A stretch of 21,694 nt of DNA from Planctomycetota bacterium (GTDB lineage Bacteria > Planctomycetota > UBA8108 > UBA1146), in contig JAYZBV010000023.1 in NCBI GenBank assembly GCA_036338595.1, positions 1-21,694 of the forward strand, read 5' to 3'. The notes under the pieces were generated by a model. The model searched no databases. It saw only the letters and a list, made by a program, of their open reading frames with translations, and was not told where the DNA came from. Positions within the stretch are counted from its first letter, which is position 1. Each line of letters begins with the position of its first letter. Position numbers and translations under genes: made by a program. This document shows, in pieces, positions 14,684 through 21,694 of the stretch.

Positions 14684-16144
14684 ATGAGTCGAGACAGATC
14701 GGAGAGTCCCTTCCAGGGGCCACCCTCCTTCGAGGCGATCGATGCGTCGGACCCGGCACAATTCCTGGCCTCGATGGCGCCGACCCGGCAAGGGTTTCTG
14801 CTCGAGAGCGGCTTCGATGTACGAGGCACCGGTCGCTGGCACATCTGCGGAGTGGATCCGATCGGCTCCTTCGAGGCGACGGATGATCTCTGGCACGGCC
14901 AGCAGCTGGGTCTTCCAGCGCAAGAGGGCCGCGGCGATCCCCTCGACGCACTCGATTCCTGGTGGCGCAGCTGGGCGGTAGCGGATGCGACGCCTTCGCA
15001 TCCTGGCCCCTTCCGTGGCGGTGCGATCGGCTGGATCGGTTACGAGGCGGCCGATCGTTTCCACGGTTTGCCACGTCGACCACTCCCCGATGGCCCCGTA
15101 TCTTCCTTCCTCGATGGGATTCCCGATCTGTGCTGGAAGTTGTACGACGAGGTGGTCCTGATCGATGCACTCGAGGGGAGGGCCTGGTTCCTTCATCACA
15201 ACAGAGATGGCTGGCAGCAGCGCAGGTGGTGGCTCGATCCTGAATCAGCCCCGCCCATCTCGGATGCGCCATCGGTCGCGGGCGCTCGCATCATCGAGGC
15301 ATCGCTCGCAGACGGAGACTACCTGGATGCCGTTTCGCACATCCGAGCAAGTATCGGGCGGGGGGATGTCTACGAGGTGAACCTTGCCCTGGGCATGATT
15401 CTCGATCGGGTTCCATCGGCGAGGGATCTTCATGCCATCTGGCGCCAGGTGCAGCCGGTACCGTACGCAGCGATGATCCAGGGCGATCCCTTCTCGCTGG
15501 TGTCTGCATCTCCCGAGCAGTTTCTGACACGGCGTGCAGATCAGATCGGGACCCGGCCCATCAAGGGAACGGTGCCCAGATGCGGGGATCCAGCGCAGGA
15601 TCAGATGGCCGCGCAGCGACTGCTGGAAGATCCGAAGGAACGAGCGGAGTTGGCGATGATCGTCGACCTGGAGAGAAACGATCTGGGTCGAATCTGCGTG
15701 CCGGGCAGTGTCGAGGTGGTCGCCGCTGCCGAGGTGGAGGAATACGCATCGGTGATGCACACCGTGGCGACGGTGAAGGGAACACTACGAGGAAATCCGG
15801 GACCGGGAGAGATCCTGCGAGCGACCTTTCCGGGTGGCTCCATCACCGGCGCACCGAAACGGGCCGCGATGGAGCAGATCCGGCAACTGGAACCGTGGCC
15901 CCGCTCGGTCTACACCGGTTCGATCGGCTGGATCGCTCCCTCGGGAGACATGGAACTGAACATAGCGATCCGTACCGCATTGATCCGAGGCGAGCGGGCG
16001 CTGGTCCCCTTTGGCGGTGCCGTGACGTGGGACTCTGATCCGGATGCGGAGCGCGATGAACTGGCTCATAAAGCGCGCACGATGCTGGCCGCTCTGGGCA
16101 TCGATGCGGTCGAGATGGGCGCACCCCGAGATCTGGCAGACTAA
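14684..16144 (+). CDS. pabB: Aminodeoxychorismate synthase component I
   Basis: Chorismate-binding motifs LLES, FRGGAIGWIGYE, GDVYEVNL, SASPEQFL, ELAMIVDLERNDLGR, FPGGSITGAPK, YTGSIG and NIAIRT. PIKGT (Lys) indicates PabB; TrpE has PIAGT. Confidence 0.9.
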   Translation: MSRDRSESPFQGPPSFEAIDASDPAQFLASMAPTRQGFLLESGFDVRGTGRWHICGVDPIGSFEATDDLWHGQQLGLPAQEGRGDPLDALDSWWRSWAVADATPSHPGPFRGGAIGWIGYEAADRFHGLPRRPLPDGPVSSFLDGIPDLCWKLYDEVVLIDALEGRAWFLHHNRDGWQQRRWWLDPESAPPISDAPSVAGARIIEASLADGDYLDAVSHIRASIGRGDVYEVNLALGMILDRVPSARDLHAIWRQVQPVPYAAMIQGDPFSLVSASPEQFLTRRADQIGTRPIKGTVPRCGDPAQDQMAAQRLLEDPKERAELAMIVDLERNDLGRICVPGSVEVVAAAEVEEYASVMHTVATVKGTLRGNPGPGEILRATFPGGSITGAPKRAAMEQIRQLEPWPRSVYTGSIGWIAPSGDMELNIAIRTALIRGERALVPFGGAVTWDSDPDAERDELAHKARTMLAALGIDAVEMGAPRDLAD

Positions 16145-17823
16145 CCCTCGAGCTGTCGCGCCAACGCTCTCAACATCTGAGCGATCGGCTGCTGGCCTTG
16201 AGCGATGCTGTCGATGCAGAACCAGAGACCGACCATGCTCACCAGGATCGCGGATGCGACGGGGGCCAGACGAAGGAATCTGGATCTCAGCGATCCCCCG
16301 ACGCGATCGAGCCAGCGCTCCTTGCCGACGACCAGAACACAGCCGATGCCGATCAGCATCAATCCGAGTCCGAAGCTGAAGAAGCTGAGCACGACCAGGC
16401 CCAGCAGCAGCGCCTGAAAGTGTGCCGCCACCAGCACGATGGTGAATCCAGCCGGACAGGGCACGATGCCGCCGCTGAATCCGAGCGTCACGAGATCCCG
16501 AAAGCGCACCTCGTCCTTTCCACTCCAGTCTGCAGGAACATGAGAGTGGTCATGCGAGTGCCCGTGGGAATGGTCGTGCGAGTGGTCGTGCGAATGGTCG
16601 TGACCATCTGTTTGGCCATATGCTTTGACCGCCCGCCAGCGGCGGCGCGCGAGAAAGACACCGAACATCGTCAGCAGCGCGCCAGAGCCAAAACTGAAGA
16701 TGGTGGTGAGCCAGTTCTGGTAGGTGGCTGAGGAACTCTTGTCGGTACTCGCCTCGATCAGACCCAGCAGCAACAGACCGAGCAGGAAGATACTGGCGGT
16801 GTGGGCAAAGGTGACCACCATCCCCAGCGTCACGGCATCGCGGATCCTGCCGCGTGTCCCGACGAGGTAGGCGGCCACCATCGTCTTGCCATGCCCGGGA
16901 CCCAGAGCGTGCCCTGCGCCGTAGATGACGGCGAGCAACAGTGCCATCAGAACTTCCCAGAGGGCTGCTTCGCCGAGCACGATCGTCTCGACGATGCCTC
17001 CGATCTGTTCCTCCTCGCCCTTCTCGTCGCTGCCCGGATCCACGGTGGCAGGCAGTGGCCGCGGCCGCACCGGCTCCTGATCAGCGGGGAGTTGGGAGTT
17101 CAAGGGGGGAACAGGTGCAGACACCGCTCTCAATTCCTCGACAGAAGGAGCCGAATCGTTGAAGGGATCAAAACTGGTGGAGCCTTGAAAGAAGTAGAGG
17201 ATCGATGTTCTGCCGGGGGTTCGGATGAAGGCGCCCTGATCCTCGAATGTTTCTGGTCTGGGATCGAGAATGAAGAAGGAGAGGTCGTCGTCGTGATCCT
17301 CCACCGGGATCCAGCTGAACTGACTCGAAGTTTGATCGAGAAAGGTGCCATCTCGCCAGTGAAGCCACCAGCCACCGCCGAGGGGACTCTCTGGCGACAA
17401 CATCTCGGGTAGTTTTCCACTCAGCGTGAAGTAGGCATCGAAGGGGCGCGCTCGTACCGATCCCTGCAGCCCCGCCTGTTCGATCAGCGCCAGTTCCAGT
17501 GTGACCCTGTGGCCATTGACGCGCAGGTCGAGGAGCGGCAACAGCGCATCCATCTGCGCCTCGAGGTAGGGTCTCCACTCATCTTCCTCGACTCGTTCGT
17601 CTCCATCGGCATCCAGATCGGCCAGCACGGGAAATCCCGCAGGCACACTCCAGCCCAGATTGAACAGGATCGTCACCTGGCCATCTCGGACGGTGAAGGT
17701 GGTCTGGGTGCCGACTCCGGCGACCAACTCATGAGCGAACCCGGGTGTCGTCGCACTGCCGCAGGTCAGAAGCACCATGACGAATCCACCGAGGAGCCTG
17801 GCAATTGATCGTTGGCTCAACAT
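16141..17823 (-). CDS. rcnA: RcnA/NicO-family nickel/cobalt transporter with extra N-terminal extracytoplasmic domain
   Basis: GAGHALGPGHGKTMVAAYLVG, TFAHTASIF, His-rich loop and GIVPCP. Preceded by a signal peptide and ~250 aa of soluble sequence. Start is 17823 or 17832 and overlaps the uvrD stop. Confidence 0.8.
   Translation of the reverse strand: MLSQRSIARLLGGFVMVLLTCGSATTPGFAHELVAGVGTQTTFTVRDGQVTILFNLGWSVPAGFPVLADLDADGDERVEEDEWRPYLEAQMDALLPLLDLRVNGHRVTLELALIEQAGLQGSVRARPFDAYFTLSGKLPEMLSPESPLGGGWWLHWRDGTFLDQTSSQFSWIPVEDHDDDLSFFILDPRPETFEDQGAFIRTPGRTSILYFFQGSTSFDPFNDSAPSVEELRAVSAPVPPLNSQLPADQEPVRPRPLPATVDPGSDEKGEEEQIGGIVETIVLGEAALWEVLMALLLAVIYGAGHALGPGHGKTMVAAYLVGTRGRIRDAVTLGMVVTFAHTASIFLLGLLLLGLIEASTDKSSSATYQNWLTTIFSFGSGALLTMFGVFLARRRWRAVKAYGQTDGHDHSHDHSHDHSHGHSHDHSHVPADWSGKDEVRFRDLVTLGFSGGIVPCPAGFTIVLVAAHFQALLLGLVVLSFFSFGLGLMLIGIGCVLVVGKERWLDRVGGSLRSRFLRLAPVASAILVSMVGLWFCIDSIAQGQQPIAQMLRALARQLEG
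16540..16602 (-). repeat. 12-bp-period coding repeat, HDHS x5 (11 His in 21 aa)
   Basis: Encodes HDHSHDHSHDHSHGHSHDHSH; units vary at synonymous positions. Confidence 0.9.
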
Positions 17824-20087
17824 GGTTCCCATTCTTCATCCGGGGGCGAGATCGGTGTCACGGGAGCGTATCCGACCACCAACTGTTTCTCGCCACACTC
17901 CTCGAATCGTACCGAGATTCGCTTCGAGGCTCCATGTCCCTGCGCCCGTACGATGATGCCACGGCCGAGAATCTCATGGCGAATCCAGCACCCCGGGTTC
18001 AGACCATCATCTTCATCATCGCCTGCATCTGGCCCATTCCAGTTGGTTTGACCCCAGGTCGAGCTCGACTTCACGAGTGCCTGATCTTGTTCGAAAACGA
18101 TCGAGGTCCCCTCCAGTTCGATCAGGAAGGAGGAGGGAATCCTCGGCTCTCGCTCCTGAAAGCGGCGACGCCAGGAGGCGTGAGTCATCACCAACTGCTC
18201 TCGAGCGCGGGTGACTCCGACGTAGAGCAACCTTCTTTCCTCTTCCACGCCTGCGGCTTCACCGTGGCGCGAGTGGGGGATCAGGGACTCCTCGACTCCA
18301 GCGATGATGACCCTGTCGAATTCGAGACCCTTGGCCGCATGGAGTGTCATCAGCGAGACCTGACCCTTCTCCTCGCTTCGCATCTCTGCATCGGTGACGA
18401 GTGCAATCCTCTCGAGGAACAGCGACATCGGGTCGATCTCCTCGAACTCGGGGTCGTTCACGGCACTGGCGGCGACGCTGGAGAGGATCTCCTGCGTTTC
18501 TGCCGCAGCCGCGACCAGTTCCTCGAGATTGCGTTCGCGCTCCTGCCAGGATTCAGGTTCGGATCTTTCGAGATGCGCCATGTATCCACTCGCCTCGATC
18601 GCAACCGTGACCTGAGCGGAGAGAGGCGCGCCAACATTCTCGGAGAGCCGTTCGATCACGTCTCGCAACTGTTCGAGTCCCTTTTTTGCCTTGCCGCGGA
18701 TCTCTTCGTGGCCATCCAGAGAGCGGAGATGTTCCCCGAGGCTGCGTCCGGCATCTCGAGCAGCGTCCTCGAAGCGTTCGATGCTGACCTTGCCGATGCC
18801 ACGAGCAGGCACATTGATGATGCGTTGAAGGGCCACATCATCGCGAGGCGATCGTGCCACTCGCAGGTACGCAAGGACGTCCTTGACCTCCTTGCGCTCG
18901 TAGAACGACATGCCTCCGACGACGCTGTAGAGGATCCTCCGGCGCACGAACTCCTCCTCGAAGACCCTCGAGAGAGAGTTGACCCGGTAGAGGATGGCCA
19001 TCTCCGAGGCAGAGCAGCCCTCTTCCAGCCAGGCCTCGATGTGAGTGGCGATCTGCGCCGCTTCGGTGCGCTCGTCCCTCAACTGCTGAACTCTCACTTC
19101 GGCTCCGTCGGGGTTTTCGGTGAACAGTTTTCGTTCCCCGAACTCACTGCCGGCGAGTCGCCCCGCAACCTCCAGGATCTGTGGAGTGGATCGGTAGTTC
19201 TGATCGAGCGTGATGACGGAGTGTTCCGGGAAGTCCTCCCGGAATCGTCGGAAGTTGTCGGGACTGGCTCCCCTCCACGAGTAGATCGATTGATCAGGAT
19301 CACCGGTCACGCACAGGTTTCGGTGCTCTTCGGCGAGTAGTTTTGCCATCAGGTATTGCGGACGATTGGTGTCCTGGAACTCGTCTATCATCACGTATTC
19401 GAATCGAGTTCTGAGCCGATCCAGTACATCCGGGTGTTCTCGTAAGAGCCTGACGACGAGGATCAGAAGATCATCGAAATCGGCAGCATCTCGCTCCTCG
19501 AGCAATTCCTGATAACGATAAAAGATGCGTACGAGCTCTTTTTCTCTGAAGGTGGAGGACTCCTCGCTCGCCTGTTCTGGCGAGGTCATGTGGTTTTTCC
19601 AGTGACTGATTCGCGAAAGCGTGGCGCGAGGAGGGAATGAGGTGCGGTCCAGTTTCAGTTCCTTCAGGATCGTACCGATCAGTTGTTGCTGATCGGCACT
19701 GTCGTAGATGGAGAAGCGGCCGCTATAGGGTTCGATCCTGTGCACGTGGCGACGAAGCAGACGGGCACAGAAGGAGTGAAAGGTGCGCAGTACCGGCGTG
19801 CCTTCATCGAGATCGAGAGAGGATGGGCCGAGGAATCCAGAGGTCGGAAACAGCACACCACGACCTGGCCCCAGCAGCGCCATCGTTCGACGAAGCATCT
19901 CATCGGCAGCCTTGTTGGTGAAGGTGATGGCAAGGATCGATCCTGGAGAGACCCCGGCAGCGACGAGGTCGGCGATGCGATGGGTCATCACCCGGGTCTT
20001 GCCGCTGCCCGGGCCGGCGATCACCGCCATCGGCCCCCTGTGGCTGGTGACGGCCTTCTGCTGGCCAGGATTCAATGCCTCGGTCAT
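17817..20087 (-). CDS. uvrD: ATP-dependent SF1 DNA helicase UvrD/PcrA
   Basis: [56 protein letters not shown] and [13 protein letters not shown]. The C-terminal Tudor-like domain ([20 protein letters not shown]) argues against Rep. Confidence 0.95.
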   Translation of the reverse strand: MTEALNPGQQKAVTSHRGPMAVIAGPGSGKTRVMTHRIADLVAAGVSPGSILAITFTNKAADEMLRRTMALLGPGRGVLFPTSGFLGPSSLDLDEGTPVLRTFHSFCARLLRRHVHRIEPYSGRFSIYDSADQQQLIGTILKELKLDRTSFPPRATLSRISHWKNHMTSPEQASEESSTFREKELVRIFYRYQELLEERDAADFDDLLILVVRLLREHPDVLDRLRTRFEYVMIDEFQDTNRPQYLMAKLLAEEHRNLCVTGDPDQSIYSWRGASPDNFRRFREDFPEHSVITLDQNYRSTPQILEVAGRLAGSEFGERKLFTENPDGAEVRVQQLRDERTEAAQIATHIEAWLEEGCSASEMAILYRVNSLSRVFEEEFVRRRILYSVVGGMSFYERKEVKDVLAYLRVARSPRDDVALQRIINVPARGIGKVSIERFEDAARDAGRSLGEHLRSLDGHEEIRGKAKKGLEQLRDVIERLSENVGAPLSAQVTVAIEASGYMAHLERSEPESWQERERNLEELVAAAAETQEILSSVAASAVNDPEFEEIDPMSLFLERIALVTDAEMRSEEKGQVSLMTLHAAKGLEFDRVIIAGVEESLIPHSRHGEAAGVEEERRLLYVGVTRAREQLVMTHASWRRRFQEREPRIPSSFLIELEGTSIVFEQDQALVKSSSTWGQTNWNGPDAGDDEDDGLNPGCWIRHEILGRGIIVRAQGHGASKRISVRFEECGEKQLVVGYAPVTPISPPDEEWEPC

Positions 20088-20267
20088 CGCTCATTCACCT
20101 TGCTGGAGGCCTTTCGAGGCATCGGTTCGTGAAGCCGGTGGAACTGGCTCTGACGGGGGCACTCGAAGGAAACCGCCCCTCGACCCCGATTGCTGCCGGG
20201 AGCCATGTTGTCCCCGATGGAGGGGAACCGCAAGGTCAGCAACGATCTACATCGATTCCCGTTCGCA

Positions 20268-20296
20268 TTGACGAGATCGGCCCCGTTACTTATGAT
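20268..20296 (+). promoter_or_regulatory. sigma70 promoter of the TPR-alphaCTD gene
   Basis: TTGACG-N17-TATGAT, 5/6 match to consensus in both hexamers. Confidence 0.75.
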
Positions 20297-20407
20297 CCTG
20301 GACTCACTTCCGAACTCCTGGGTACTGGATCCGGCGCTGCCGGGGAGCCCTCATGGAGTGGCAACTGGAGTGGACACCAACGCCTGAGTTCCGTCGAGGA
20401 GGCTTCC

Positions 20408-21688
20408 GTGGATGCAATGAGCGAAATTCCGCTGCGTGATCTGATCCTGACGAGGGAGACCTCGGTCGATTTCTACCACGAGGCTCGCCAGGGAGTGACC
20501 TCCCGACGTGAGGCGATCGATGAACTCGAGGTGATCATCGATGAAATCGAAGATCCATTCCGTCGTGGTGTCGTGCTCGACCTGCTCGGTCGGCGTCCGG
20601 AAGCACGCAAAATGCTGCATAGTTGCAAGGACAATGTCCTGTGCATGCACCTTCTCGGCAAGTTGTTGCTCGAGGAGGGGGATTCTCGCGCAGCACTGGG
20701 CGTGCTGGAGGAAGGGTGGGCCAGCTGCGGAGCGGGCGAGCCCCGCGTTGGAATGTTGCTGTGTGAGGCGTTGATCCTCGAGGACCAGGTGGAGGCTGCA
20801 CAGGATCTACTGCGCAAGTTACCGGTAGAATCGGGCCATCCGAGGATCTGCTATCTCGAAGGGTTGCTGGCCCAGCATGAGGGCGAATATCATCAGGCTC
20901 TTGAATACTACACTACAGCAGCTGAAGGCAATCCGGATGAAACGCGCTTTCAGTTCCGTCTCGGCTACATGCATTCGCTTTATGGCCAGGAGGAACGGGC
21001 CATCGAGGCCTATCGGATGTGCCAGCGAAGTACTCCCCTCTACGCCCATGCGATGATCAACCTCGGTGTCCTCTACGAGGATGCGGAGCGCTTCGAGGAG
21101 GCGATCACCTGTTACCGGTTGGTACTCCACTCCAACTCAAACCACGGGCGAGCGCGTCTCTACCTGCGTGATGCCGAGGCGTCCCAATCGATGTACTACG
21201 ATCGGGATAAGGAGAAGGAGAGCGTTCGCAAGCATCAGGTACTTCAAATTCCTGTTACCGAATTCGAACTCTCGGTACGAAGCCGCAATTGTCTTCAGAA
21301 GATGGGGATCCACACCCTTGGTGATCTCGTCAGCAAGAGTGAAGCGGAACTCCTCTCCTACAAGAACTTTGGCGAGACCAGCCTGCAAGAAATCCGCAAG
21401 ATCCTGAACCAGAAGAAACTGCGCCTCGGAGAAGCGGTTCGCAGTGACGACACCTTCCTGCTTTCGGTCGATGGTGAGGCCGCGTCACTTCTGGGAGAAC
21501 CGGTCAGCATTCTTGAACTCTCCAGCAGGAGCCAGCGTTGTATGGACAGGCTCGGAATCGAGACCATCTCTGATCTGATGCAACGAAATGAGCTCGAACT
21601 GGTCAGTCAGAAGAACTTCGGTGTCACCTCCCTCAACGAGGTGAAGCGAAAACTCTCCGATCGCGGGTTGAACCTGGCGAACGGTTAG
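20408..21688 (+). CDS. TPR-repeat protein with two C-terminal RNA polymerase alpha-CTD domains
   Basis: GTG 20408 lies 5 nt after GAGGAGG. TPRs include [20 protein letters not shown] and [22 protein letters not shown]. Alpha-CTDs: [10 protein letters not shown]...[15 protein letters not shown] and [10 protein letters not shown]...[11 protein letters not shown]. There is no alpha-NTD, so this is not rpoA. Confidence 0.88.
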   Translation: MDAMSEIPLRDLILTRETSVDFYHEARQGVTSRREAIDELEVIIDEIEDPFRRGVVLDLLGRRPEARKMLHSCKDNVLCMHLLGKLLLEEGDSRAALGVLEEGWASCGAGEPRVGMLLCEALILEDQVEAAQDLLRKLPVESGHPRICYLEGLLAQHEGEYHQALEYYTTAAEGNPDETRFQFRLGYMHSLYGQEERAIEAYRMCQRSTPLYAHAMINLGVLYEDAERFEEAITCYRLVLHSNSNHGRARLYLRDAEASQSMYYDRDKEKESVRKHQVLQIPVTEFELSVRSRNCLQKMGIHTLGDLVSKSEAELLSYKNFGETSLQEIRKILNQKKLRLGEAVRSDDTFLLSVDGEAASLLGEPVSILELSSRSQRCMDRLGIETISDLMQRNELELVSQKNFGVTSLNEVKRKLSDRGLNLANG

Positions 21689-21694
21689 AGGGGA

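Noticed and set aside
14684..16144. Anthranilate synthase TrpE
   Set aside because: PIKGT rather than PIAGT, and no trp genes nearby.
7100..16602. CRISPR array in the repetitive stretches (Asp/Cys repeats, His repeat)
   Set aside because: The repeats are degenerate, in frame and protein-coding. There is no identical repeat/unique spacer pattern and no cas gene.
17805..19340. 511-aa plus-strand ORF, and similar long ORFs 8291..9562, 12888..13700, 11748..12644, 2123..3163
   Set aside because: Antisense or alternate-frame shadows of well-supported genes in GC-rich DNA, with no recognisable motifs.
20075..20407. 111-aa N-terminal extension of the TPR gene; calling the gene rpoA
   Set aside because: The extension overlaps the uvrD start and contains the promoter, and the strong RBS is at 20396-20402. 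The protein lacks the alpha-NTD.

Overview
GC-rich bacterial chromosomal window, probably Planctomycetota. That assignment is inferred from Cys-capped dockerin-like tails, DCNxNGIPD repeats and a TPR-alphaCTD protein. The left 12.6 kb holds the 3' part of an MFS transporter, then an exported two-domain thioredoxin-fold protein that the ORF track splits at an in-frame TGA. That TGA sits in a U-E-S-C (UxxC) motif and is followed by a SECIS-like hairpin, so the gene is a probable unannotated selenoprotein (882-1793). Next is a minus-strand cluster of four large secreted modular proteins sharing a C-terminal dockerin-like tail, with a DUF6265-like gene among them. Two of the four are tandem paralogs whose N-terminal domain matches lysyl-oxidase motifs around the LTQ-forming Lys and Tyr but lacks the canonical Cu-binding His cluster. 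The right part is housekeeping: tRNA-Thr(CGT), xerC with upstream DnaA boxes, a small hypothetical gene, pabB, an RcnA-type Ni/Co transporter with an extra N-terminal domain, UvrD/PcrA, and a TPR protein with two RNAP alpha-CTD domains. All family calls come from reading motifs by eye; no database searches were run.
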